The notes under the pieces were generated by a model. It was given only the letters and a program-made list of their open reading frames with translations. It did not search any database and was not told where the DNA came from. The translations under genes were made by a program, and so were the position numbers. A DNA stretch of 64,000 nt, from the IMG/VR virus record IMGVR_UViG_3300002097_000869, positions 62,001 to 126,000 of that record; one strand, written 5' to 3'. Shown here in pieces: positions 45,735 to 54,747 of the stretch. Positions within the stretch are counted from its first letter, which is position 1. Each line of letters starts with the position of its first letter. The DNA is from an uncultured virus (IMG/VR IMGVR_UViG_3300002097_000869). Lineage: Duplodnaviria > Heunggongvirae > Uroviricota > Caudoviricetes.

Positions 45735-46808
45735 TCAATTTTGTGATTTCTGGCTTCTGGAGGCCACAACCGTTTGAATTCTATTTTCGAAATCCCTCTG
45801 TTTTTGTGTTATCGGAGCCACTTCCCTACCAAGTCTATCAGCCTGCCTAAGAATAAATAGTGGAAACAAACTCAAATTATTCATGTCTTCCAACTTTAGA
45901 TTCACCCTCTCAACAAAGCGCATAACCGTAGAATCTTTCCATTTTCTATCATATTGATACATATGATTAGATACCAGATGATATATAATTTTTCCTTCGT
46001 CAGAGTTGTGCAATTCAAGTCTATTTAAGATATTGGCTACTAATTTAGATCCCAAGACTTCGTGTTTATGAAAGGTGGCCCCTTTTTCATTTTTCCCCTT
46101 TGTACCTGGTTTTCCAACATCGTGTACTAGAGCAGCAAATTTTATAGTGTAATCGTTCGTAGGGCACAAGTCACAGGCCATAAGACAATGGTCATATACA
46201 GTGAACTTGTGGTACAGTTCATTTTGTGTAATGCCAAAGCAATTAGATAATTCAGGGAGAATAATATCTAGAGCCCCCACAAGCCTTAAAAACTCTATTC
46301 CTGTCGAGGGTTTTGTTGATTTTATTAGTCTCTTTAGTTCTCTCCATATAAATCTACCAGGAGTCTGTGCTAACTTTGCTACATTCTTACTTATAGAGAG
46401 GAGTAGCCTTTCTGATATAGAGAAACCGGTTTCCGCTTTCAAAGCTGCGGCTCTGATTATAAGTTGTGGTTTCTCAGCTAACTCCTGTTCTGGTTCGTGT
46501 ACTGTTGTTATTCTTTTTTTCTCTATATCTTTCATAGCTCCATAAGGGTCTATTATCTCCTTGGTTGAGGAGTTCAAGAGAAGGCCATCTAGTTTAAACG
46601 GCTGTATGGGTAGATACTTTGTTGGAGTACAGTGAGTTACGTGTTTTACTTTTATCCCTTTTGCAATTATTTGTTCCGAGGTGTCAAAAGAAACTAGGTA
46701 GACTTCTTCTGGAGTGAGGTCCATAATTAGCAAACATGCAGTGGTATAACTGAAATACAGGTTCTTGTTTCGGTATCCTTGTACCAGAGGTATAAGGCTA
46801 TTTGTCAT
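45735..46808 (-). CDS. CCA/poly(A) polymerase-like body with HD phosphohydrolase; nucleotidyltransferase head degenerate
   Basis: IIDPYG..KDI, RFIWRELKRL, QNELYH..TVYDH, AALVHDVGK, FHKHE, NHM, QAD; no DxD or RRD motifs. Confidence 0.75.
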   Translation of the reverse strand: MTNSLIPLVQGYRNKNLYFSYTTACLLIMDLTPEEVYLVSFDTSEQIIAKGIKVKHVTHCTPTKYLPIQPFKLDGLLLNSSTKEIIDPYGAMKDIEKKRITTVHEPEQELAEKPQLIIRAAALKAETGFSISERLLLSISKNVAKLAQTPGRFIWRELKRLIKSTKPSTGIEFLRLVGALDIILPELSNCFGITQNELYHKFTVYDHCLMACDLCPTNDYTIKFAALVHDVGKPGTKGKNEKGATFHKHEVLGSKLVANILNRLELHNSDEGKIIYHLVSNHMYQYDRKWKDSTVMRFVERVNLKLEDMNNLSLFPLFILRQADRLGREVAPITQKQRDFENRIQTVVASRSQKSQN

Positions 46809-47637
46809 CTTTGACTTTTTTCTCCGCTGATTTTAGGAGACCCCAAATAGCTTGGCGCGAAACTCTTCTAGGAGTAATACCTTCTGAAAAGACTACGTCC
46901 GCGATGTCTTCATTGTTGAGGCCTTGTTGATGAAGGACTAGTATAGAAGCCTTTTTCTTGCCCATATTTTCTCTTAGTTTTTCAACTAATTCATTTGCAG
47001 CAACATTATTTATTATGCTATCTTCACTAGTTATATGGTGTGACATTGCTGACTCGTCGTCTGGAACTTCTATAGTTATACTTTCGTAGGCAAGGCTGAC
47101 TATTGTTTCATAAGTGGTCTTCGAGTTCTTTGCCAGCTTATCTACCATTGCCTTTATACATCTTAACTTATCTAATGAACCGATAGAAAGTAGTAATTCT
47201 GCTTCGTGCTGCCAAACTCCTATTATTTCTCTAGGTTCTATATGACGACAGAATAATGTATGTTCCTGTTCCAAGAGCCTAGTCATTCTATCTATATAGA
47301 CCCTTGTTTTACTTATATAAATGGGGACAGATATAGATGTAGTATTTTTTATGCAGTATTCATATAAACGACCTTTTATTCTTGTTATAGCATGTATATC
47401 AAAATTGGATGAACGTGTAGGATCAAAATGCCTTGAAGCTTCTATAAGCCCTATTATTCCACACATTACAAGATCTTCATACTCTACCCCGGGTCTTACG
47501 TATTTTTCAGCCATAGTTAATACCAATTTTATATATTTTTTTATATCCTTTTCCTCTTTATTCTTTGGTATGTATCCATTAATTATATATGATATGTGTC
47601 TAAAAAATTCGGGTGACATTCTTTTGCTTCCAGACAT
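46798..47637 (-). CDS. sigma70-family sigma factor
   Basis: Region 2 EDLVMCGIIGLIEASRHFDPTR..F..A..RI; region 4 EDIAD..VSRQAI. Confidence 0.85.
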   Translation of the reverse strand: MSGSKRMSPEFFRHISYIINGYIPKNKEEKDIKKYIKLVLTMAEKYVRPGVEYEDLVMCGIIGLIEASRHFDPTRSSNFDIHAITRIKGRLYEYCIKNTTSISVPIYISKTRVYIDRMTRLLEQEHTLFCRHIEPREIIGVWQHEAELLLSIGSLDKLRCIKAMVDKLAKNSKTTYETIVSLAYESITIEVPDDESAMSHHITSEDSIINNVAANELVEKLRENMGKKKASILVLHQQGLNNEDIADVVFSEGITPRRVSRQAIWGLLKSAEKKVKDDK

Positions 47638-47649
47638 TTTGGATCCTAT

Positions 47650-48636
47650 TTAGTGTGGGGCAAATTTTCTGCCTATTTCTATATAACCATTTTCTTTTAA
47701 GTATTCTACTCCTTTTTTGGATATTATCCTCCCTCTGCTAGTTCTTATAAGTAGACCTTGCTGTATAAGATACGGTTCTGTGCTATTTTGTATAGTTTCG
47801 GGGGATTCATTTAGCAATATAGATGTTGTATCAAGTCCTAGTGGAACCCCTGTTTCATACATAGTTTTTAAATATTTTATGTCAGTATATAATAGCCCAT
47901 TTTTGTCTATTCCTATAATATTAAAAACTGAGGAACATTCATCCATAGTTATAGTGTCTCTTTTTAACACCACAACAGCATCCCAAACACGATATAATAG
48001 GTTTACGACTATGCGAGGGACACCTCTTGCTCGAGAAGCGATAGCTTCCGCGGCATCTTGTGTTATCTGCATTTTATTTATTTCTGCATGTTTTATAGCT
48101 ATTTGTGTAGTTTCTTCTAGGTTATAGGTTTTGAAGTGAAAACCCATTCTAAATCTGTCCCTAAAAGGCTTTGATAGTTTACCGGCTAGCGTTGTAGCTC
48201 CTATGATAGTAAATTGTGGAACCCACATTTCCCAGTTTTCACCTGTGTATTGATTTTTTGTAACAATATAGTGTTCTTCCATTGCTATACCAAGAGACTC
48301 TTGTCCATTTGTTGGAAGCCTGTGTATTTCGTCCAAAAATATTATTGTTGGTTTGATTTTACTTACCTTTAATCCTTCTTTTGTGTATCCCTCTACAGAC
48401 AGTTTTTCTATGAGCTCATACACATCTTTAGATGTTTTTAGGCTCTCCGACGGAACCTTCAACATCCCTGCTCCTTGGTGTATAGCAAGAGCCTTCGACA
48501 TAGTGGTTTTTCCACATCCAGAGGCACCTGTAAATAGAGTATGCGGTATAGCCTCATTATTTATTCTTGCTGCCTCACTGGCTATTGTTAATTGTAGCTT
48601 TATATTATTATTCCCTATTATATCATTAAATCTCAA
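47650..48636 (-). CDS. ruvB: Holliday junction branch migration helicase RuvB
   Basis: HTLFTGASGCGKTT, FLDEIHRL, FTIIGATT.AG.LS.P.RDRF, RGVPR, EPYLIQ.G...RT.RGR. Confidence 0.93.
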   Translation of the reverse strand: MRFNDIIGNNNIKLQLTIASEAARINNEAIPHTLFTGASGCGKTTMSKALAIHQGAGMLKVPSESLKTSKDVYELIEKLSVEGYTKEGLKVSKIKPTIIFLDEIHRLPTNGQESLGIAMEEHYIVTKNQYTGENWEMWVPQFTIIGATTLAGKLSKPFRDRFRMGFHFKTYNLEETTQIAIKHAEINKMQITQDAAEAIASRARGVPRIVVNLLYRVWDAVVVLKRDTITMDECSSVFNIIGIDKNGLLYTDIKYLKTMYETGVPLGLDTTSILLNESPETIQNSTEPYLIQQGLLIRTSRGRIISKKGVEYLKENGYIEIGRKFAPH

Positions 48637-48645
48637 AATTTCCTC

Positions 48646-49098
48646 CTACTGATTTTGAACATTAACATTTGGTACCCACTTTGGGGCCGTTTTAATTAAG
48701 CAGAGAATTATTTTTTCATCCGTTTGGTATCCCCCCACTATCTTAAATCCAGCAGACCCAAATGTTTTTATCGACCCTTCGTTATCCCTTCTTACCATGG
48801 CATATATTAAGGGAGTCTGCGAGGACTTTATTCCGGCTTCCACTAATGTCTTCGCTATGCCTTGTTTTCTTAGCAACTCGGTTACACATAGGTGTTTCAA
48901 CTCGGTAATATTGTAAGATTGTTTATTTACTCTTATACATCCCACGACAATATTCTTGAATGTCTCTATTATGTATTCGTTTGAATTGCTTAGAATTTCG
49001 TCTATATCGTGGACGGTGCCCAGTTGGTTGTATTTATTTATTAGGGCAGTTATTTGTACGGCTATTTTTGTATCTGTTAGTATTCGTCTAAAGCTCAC
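48646..49098 (-). CDS. GNAT acetyltransferase
   Basis: ELKHLCV..RKQGIA, N.GS..F..AGF. Confidence 0.85.
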   Translation of the reverse strand: MSFRRILTDTKIAVQITALINKYNQLGTVHDIDEILSNSNEYIIETFKNIVVGCIRVNKQSYNITELKHLCVTELLRKQGIAKTLVEAGIKSSQTPLIYAMVRRDNEGSIKTFGSAGFKIVGGYQTDEKIILCLIKTAPKWVPNVNVQNQ

Positions 49099-50098
49099 TT
49101 AAACTTCCTAGATTGATAAGGCCGGCTTCTTTTAGTAGATCTGCTGCTTTCTTAGCATTGTCATCGGAAATATTACCTATCAGATTTAACAAAGATTCCT
49201 TGGAAAACTTACGACCAAATCTCAATATATTTCTAAAGTAATCTGACACAGTAAACAAAACCTCGCTATCTTGTAGGGAGGGTGAACACGTAGCATTCAT
49301 AATAAATACCCTGCCATCCTTGTCAGATACCAAATCGACAGCGGCGAAATCTAATCTGTATTTATTCTGTAAGATTTTTGCTATATTCATTATAGTAGTA
49401 TCTATACCTTCTTTTACAAATTGTTGTTCCGACCATGCAACAATGGCTTTTGTAGTGTCTTCTGTTATGAGTCCTTTTTCAAACATTTCGGTCAAGGCAG
49501 TCTTTACTTCTTCGCTTCTATTTAACATAAGAGTCTCTTTGTGGGAGAGTAATTTCTTAGATGAGGAGATTCTACCAAGTATATTGTTCCCCATTATATC
49601 ATGGCCGACGAATACTCGGTCAAAACCAGCCCTGTCAATGTGGTTGCAAGCAAAGGTAGCAGAGGGAATAGTCGTAGCTTGATTATAGTCGGTAGCATTT
49701 TTTATAACAGCTAACAAATCTCCTGACTTGGCTAGTATATCGAATTTTGTGCTACCAAAAAAGTCTCTCATACTAGTGTAGTTTCTATTAACTATCTTTC
49801 TATAATTACCGGTTAGTAATTCATGTTGAGTGCTTACGTCTGTTAGAAAAGCCTGTCTATGTGCAAGTAAGTCTGCCGAGCTTGGTAGATTGAACATCCT
49901 TGTTTCGTCTATTTCTACTCCCTCTGTATCCACCAATCCGTAAAAGATTATTTTAGTTTCCGGCTCTCGTATGATATTGCGAAGTTCCTCCGTTAATTCC
50001 GCGAAGGAACCAACGGCTATCTCGGCATCTACAGCCTGAGCTAAAAATATAGCAGAAGTGTCTACGGAGTGGGTACACCAAACTATTGTTGTTGACAT
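49088..50098 (-). CDS. Degenerate ATP-grasp-like protein
   Basis: LDFAAVDLV..DGRVFIMNATCSPSL resembles the ATP-grasp C-terminus but lacks the ExN motif. Confidence 0.55.
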   Translation of the reverse strand: MSTTIVWCTHSVDTSAIFLAQAVDAEIAVGSFAELTEELRNIIREPETKIIFYGLVDTEGVEIDETRMFNLPSSADLLAHRQAFLTDVSTQHELLTGNYRKIVNRNYTSMRDFFGSTKFDILAKSGDLLAVIKNATDYNQATTIPSATFACNHIDRAGFDRVFVGHDIMGNNILGRISSSKKLLSHKETLMLNRSEEVKTALTEMFEKGLITEDTTKAIVAWSEQQFVKEGIDTTIMNIAKILQNKYRLDFAAVDLVSDKDGRVFIMNATCSPSLQDSEVLFTVSDYFRNILRFGRKFSKESLLNLIGNISDDNAKKAADLLKEAGLINLGSLSEL

Positions 50099-50108
50099 CT
50101 CTTTGCTC

Positions 50109-51338
50109 CTAAAGGGATTTTCCGGCTAACCAACCGCGTTTAAGGTCTAATTGAGAGGCCTTTAATGGTACTTGTTTCCTGCAGCATATCTTTATAAACC
50201 CATCTATTTCACTCTTATATAAAGGATAGGTAGACATTTGTTTTAGTTTATTGTGTATGGATAAAACTAGGGAAGTTGGAACATCTGATATGGAAGAGTT
50301 ATTTACTATATTTCGTACATATTCTGTATCCATACAATCAAAGTATCTCTGTATATTGTTCTTATTGTCAACTAGCATTAAAAAATCTTTATTGTAATTG
50401 TTGTCTTCATATTTTTTCCATATTTCTTCAACCACTGCTTTTGTGGTTGCTATGGTAACCAAAGCAAGTGTTGGATGCACAAACCAGATTCCACTTGGAA
50501 CTCGCCATTCAAATTTTATGTCACCACTTCTCATTGCTCCAAAACAACCGTAGTCCTTTTCTTTTAGTCTGCGTTCCGAGGCTACTGGGGTATCCAATCT
50601 TACGAGAGGAAGAGCTACAAACTCGTCTAATATTCTTACTATTCTAGCTTGTATCATTTTATCCGGATGCTTTGCCCCACCTTCTATGTTTGGCAGGCCT
50701 AAATGAATGTGCCCTCCTATGTAATAACGACGGTCCATGTCTGGGTGCCAGAAACTAGCCCCACCCACCCAATCATAGTTTTCTATTTTGTGCCCCTCTG
50801 TTTCAAATATATTTTTCATGTTTTCTACTAGTTGCTTAGAGTTGTTACTAGGAGGCGGCCTCATTTCAGCGCAAGGACCATCACTACCCAGAACAGCCTG
50901 TTTTTTAGCCGGGTCATCAAATTCATATCCTAGACCATCATCTCCATATTCTGCCGTACCGTCTTTATTAACTAGAATGAACTCTGGGTCACATCCTATC
51001 ATTATTTTTTCAACTTGTTCAGAGACCCATATTTTTTTATATTTATCTATTTTTCCCATTATTTTATTATAGGTTTTTGTGGTCACAAACCCTATAGTTT
51101 TAGTATTTTCCATCCCTTCATTAGCAAGGTCTTCATTAATAGCTTGACCTATTTTTAATTTTATGTTTTCTAATACGCCTTCTACTTTTATATATGTAGT
51201 ATCTCCCCCTGATGGTCTATAATGTAATCGTGCTCTTTTAGAAAGTCTTATAAAATCATGCTCCAGTCTATTTCTTTCTGCTCGTAGATTCATTATTTCT
51301 GATGGTTTCAAAAATAATTGCATTTTTGTTTCCCGCAT
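50109..51338 (-). CDS. phiEco32-like COOH.NH2 ligase type 2
   Basis: IGCDPEF, GSDG..AEMRP, GGHIHLG, RR..YG..G..R, FEWRVPS. Confidence 0.85.
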   Translation of the reverse strand: MRETKMQLFLKPSEIMNLRAERNRLEHDFIRLSKRARLHYRPSGGDTTYIKVEGVLENIKLKIGQAINEDLANEGMENTKTIGFVTTKTYNKIMGKIDKYKKIWVSEQVEKIMIGCDPEFILVNKDGTAEYGDDGLGYEFDDPAKKQAVLGSDGPCAEMRPPPSNNSKQLVENMKNIFETEGHKIENYDWVGGASFWHPDMDRRYYIGGHIHLGLPNIEGGAKHPDKMIQARIVRILDEFVALPLVRLDTPVASERRLKEKDYGCFGAMRSGDIKFEWRVPSGIWFVHPTLALVTIATTKAVVEEIWKKYEDNNYNKDFLMLVDNKNNIQRYFDCMDTEYVRNIVNNSSISDVPTSLVLSIHNKLKQMSTYPLYKSEIDGFIKICCRKQVPLKASQLDLKRGWLAGKSL

Positions 51339-51355
51339 TATAAGTCTCCCAAAGA

Positions 51356-53215
51356 TTAGTTCATAGTTTTATTAGTTGGGGTCTTAAATACACTAAGATT
51401 CAATTCCTTAGCGGCACTAATTTCGTCTATGTCAAGGACGTCTGCTAGTTTATTCTCGTCAATTTGTCCAGTCTCTGCAAACAAATTTTGCTTAGATAAC
51501 AAAGCAGACAAAACTAATCGTAGATTCCGCACCAATTTAGTTGCGGATTCCAACTTGATATTTAATGATATTCTGTCTTCCGTATTTTTGAAGAAGGTCT
51601 TTTCCATACTGACTACTTTTATTTTGAGGTCTTCAACCTTCTTTTTCTCCTCAAGGGCTTCGTCTGCAGACACTGTTTCATATTCACTGGTGCCTTGTTC
51701 ATAACCTGCACTATAACCATATGCGTATCCTTCGGGAAAGATCTTTTCATAGCAAGCAACCAAAATCTTTAAGGCCTCTGTTTCATCTTCAATATCTACT
51801 AACCAGGACTTTAATAATTCTTTTACATCTACCTCGCCAATTTTCGCTATAGTAGCCTTACCTTCAGTTTCTATAGCAACACTATGTAAACACTCTAATC
51901 CAAAGGCTATTCGTTCATCCCAAGAATAGGAGCACGAAGGGTCGTCTTCCACTATTTCAGTTTCTATTTCTATATCCTCGTAAACATCCTCATTGTCTGC
52001 ACATATACCAGGCAAAGTTATCTCTAACAAACTTCCTTCCTCGTCTTTAGACTTATCTTCTATTGTGTTATTTCCACTAGGATAGGATGCATTAGTTTCG
52101 CTAGGAAAGGAGGTACTAAATTTTTCTGTAGCAGCCCTGGTATCCTTAGTTGCATTAGTTTTTACTCCATTGTCATATTTTGTGATAGTCTGTGGGGTAC
52201 CCCTAGCACAGCTGTATATTTTTTCTACTTTTATTAGATCCTCTGGTATTGTTTTGGAGTTTACTTCTGTATCCAAATCCAGTATGAAGACTCCTGATTC
52301 TATAGAGGAGGGACTGCTTACTGTCTTACCATACCAAGTCTTACTAAGGTAGGGAAAGACCTCCCCCACATTTCCTAGTTCTATTTTGGTACCCTCTTTA
52401 GTATTTACTATCATGCTAGTCTTGTATTCTCTATTACGCCAGCGGTCATAATTTTCCATGGCTGCTACTAAGTATTTTCTTTCCGATACCATAACCAAGC
52501 AACCTAATTCAGGGATATAGGCACCCTCCATGGGTTTTTGACCCTCCCTCAGGCAACCTACTTTGGATGGGTTCCCTGTTGTATAGGACATTACGGCAAA
52601 TTCCCCAATAAGTTCGTTGTGTGTAGTTTTTAAGTTTTCTATTGTAAAGTTGTTTTTATATTCTGCTATGAGTTGGAAAATAATTTCACTATCTACTTTT
52701 CCTATTCTTTCGATTCCATGTTTTGCAAATAAGGCATCATCATTGGATATACTACCGTTATGAACACCGACTATGGTATCTTGGGTTAATCTTTTGTTTT
52801 CTTTATCTAGATTTTTTGAAGTAATTATTACTGGGTGGTTGTTATGCGGATTATGTGGGTCCCCCTTCGTACTTTTTCTTACGTGTCCGAGGATTTGCTT
52901 TATTCTTTTCTCCCCAATTTTTCTAAACCACATATCCATAAACCAAGAAAAATTAGTTTCTTTATCCGTCGGATTTATATACTCGTCTCCCCAGCTACTA
53001 GGATCTCTAGCAAAGAAAGAGGAGGCTACTGGTTGTTTTACTATCAATGTTTTCTTATCTTCCCATAACAAAGCTACCCCAGTAGCGTCTGCTCCACGAG
53101 GTTCCATTGCTACCAAGGTTTCCAATAGTAGAAATCTTTGTATCAAGACCTCTACAATTGGGTCTATAGATTTTTCCGTATTGTTATATGAAAAAAGACC
53201 AAATATTCCGCACAT
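51356..53215 (-). CDS. Class II (Ntn) glutamine amidotransferase with acidic/coiled-coil C-terminal extension
   Basis: MCGIFG, RGADATG, GHVRKST, NNHP, HNGSI, VDSE. Confidence 0.88.
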   Translation of the reverse strand: MCGIFGLFSYNNTEKSIDPIVEVLIQRFLLLETLVAMEPRGADATGVALLWEDKKTLIVKQPVASSFFARDPSSWGDEYINPTDKETNFSWFMDMWFRKIGEKRIKQILGHVRKSTKGDPHNPHNNHPVIITSKNLDKENKRLTQDTIVGVHNGSISNDDALFAKHGIERIGKVDSEIIFQLIAEYKNNFTIENLKTTHNELIGEFAVMSYTTGNPSKVGCLREGQKPMEGAYIPELGCLVMVSERKYLVAAMENYDRWRNREYKTSMIVNTKEGTKIELGNVGEVFPYLSKTWYGKTVSSPSSIESGVFILDLDTEVNSKTIPEDLIKVEKIYSCARGTPQTITKYDNGVKTNATKDTRAATEKFSTSFPSETNASYPSGNNTIEDKSKDEEGSLLEITLPGICADNEDVYEDIEIETEIVEDDPSCSYSWDERIAFGLECLHSVAIETEGKATIAKIGEVDVKELLKSWLVDIEDETEALKILVACYEKIFPEGYAYGYSAGYEQGTSEYETVSADEALEEKKKVEDLKIKVVSMEKTFFKNTEDRISLNIKLESATKLVRNLRLVLSALLSKQNLFAETGQIDENKLADVLDIDEISAAKELNLSVFKTPTNKTMN

Positions 53216-53230
53216 GTACGAGGGACTCCT

Positions 53231-53905
53231 TTATCCGAGGTCCAAGGGGATTTCTGTAGAATATTCTGGGCAAAAAGATTCGACCCAAAAAAATTCTTTT
53301 AATCCGTGGTTTGTAAATATGATATCACCTAGAGAAAGGGAAGTTGAATTTTTACGGTATAGTTTAGCCCATATGCCTTCGCATTTTTGCCATTCTTCAC
53401 AAAGTACGTCCTCTGTTCTGGATAGAGATAACAAAATATTAATTGGATCCTTTACAGAATTAAGCCCCTCTTTGTCCCAAAAAAGTACGTAGGTATTTCT
53501 ATACTTTTTTCTTAGAGTCGGCAGTATCATTTTTTTTATTTTTGCAAGGTCTTTCACTATCGTGTAGTCTTTATATAGGGGTAAAATAGCCTCTATGTCG
53601 GTGTATTCTACTAGATAACATGTAAACTTTTTGTAGCTGACCTTTTGTAATTCTTCAGTCTTAATTGTCTGGTATACGTATTTATTGTGGGGAACTTTAG
53701 TGGCAATAGGTAAAGAATGAGGAAAGAATACCAATGTTTCAGATTGTTTTTTATAGTCCGTAGTAAAACCCAAAGGTGAAGCTATACAGGAGTTAGTCAG
53801 TGCACTATTATCATAGACAGCAATTATATCTATATTATTAAACGGAAATGGGTATGGATATATTAGTTTGGTCCCTAATTTTAGATTTGGCAGTAGGGAA
53901 GGCAT
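53231..53905 (-). CDS. Hypothetical protein
   Basis: Operon ORF between the amidotransferase genes. Confidence 0.55.
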   Translation of the reverse strand: MPSLLPNLKLGTKLIYPYPFPFNNIDIIAVYDNSALTNSCIASPLGFTTDYKKQSETLVFFPHSLPIATKVPHNKYVYQTIKTEELQKVSYKKFTCYLVEYTDIEAILPLYKDYTIVKDLAKIKKMILPTLRKKYRNTYVLFWDKEGLNSVKDPINILLSLSRTEDVLCEEWQKCEGIWAKLYRKNSTSLSLGDIIFTNHGLKEFFWVESFCPEYSTEIPLDLG

Positions 53906-54747
53906 TTTTCAACCCAATCGGATGAATAGCCTTTGGTAGTCATAGGCTCAAGAATAAGGGCCTCATTTTTCTTTAGGAGGATTTCTTGAGCATCTAAGAA
54001 TATATGCCCCGCTTTATTAGTGTCTATGCCTATAATAGTGTCATTTAATAGTTGTTCATTGTTTGATATGAAGACTAAGTCCTGCCATTTCTTTGTTTTT
54101 ATTGTCAGATTATCCGATTTTTTTGCGATAAATAGTCTAATTGTGTCTGTAGCAAACACTATATAAAAATAGTTACCATGACATATAGAGGCAGCCTTCT
54201 TAAAGGCTTCTTTTATAGGTGCTCCTTCTACAATGAACTTTCCTGTCAAAGCGAGAACCAAATCAACTTTGCTGGGTAATGTTTGTAGGTTTATACGATA
54301 TTGCTTGGCTATTTTTTCTACGGATTTAATATTACCCATGCCAAACCCTATCATATTACCCATTTTTATAGGGGCTGTTTCTTTGTGGGTTTCTTTTGTT
54401 AGTATTCCGGCTATCAATGCAGTTGGGTTAATTATATCATTGTTTATTATATTTAAGAACTTGAGGTTATCTACTAGTTTTCCTTTAGAAAGAATTTCTT
54501 TTATAGTAATTAGTCCTGTTTTGTATGGTCTGACAGAGTTGGCATTTTGAAAGATGGAATTAGTACTATGGAGAGTAGAATTAAATACAGATAAGGAGCA
54601 TAGTGGATTTTCCATGCCAAGTAAAGCAATGTTAAAGAAGGTTTTTATCACAGTTTGCTTATCAGTAGCTGGGGAAGATTGAACAGCATGGGTATATTCT
54701 TTGGGCTTAGACAAACAAATGAGTAGGGTGGTGTTATGGTCGTACAT
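53881..54747 (-). CDS. Probable degenerate class II amidotransferase-fold protein
   Basis: PI..GFGMGNI, AA..CHGNY..VF..RLFIAK..L, LVFIS..L follow the Ntn layout; no N-terminal Cys. Confidence 0.4.
   Translation of the reverse strand: MYDHNTTLLICLSKPKEYTHAVQSSPATDKQTVIKTFFNIALLGMENPLCSLSVFNSTLHSTNSIFQNANSVRPYKTGLITIKEILSKGKLVDNLKFLNIINNDIINPTALIAGILTKETHKETAPIKMGNMIGFGMGNIKSVEKIAKQYRINLQTLPSKVDLVLALTGKFIVEGAPIKEAFKKAASICHGNYFYIVFATDTIRLFIAKKSDNLTIKTKKWQDLVFISNNEQLLNDTIIGIDTNKAGHIFLDAQEILLKKNEALILEPMTTKGYSSDWVEKCLPYCQI

Noticed and set aside
52773..53492. 239-aa plus-strand ORF and other long antisense ORFs (13435-14010, 40735-41241)
   Set aside because: They lie opposite well-supported genes and show no motifs
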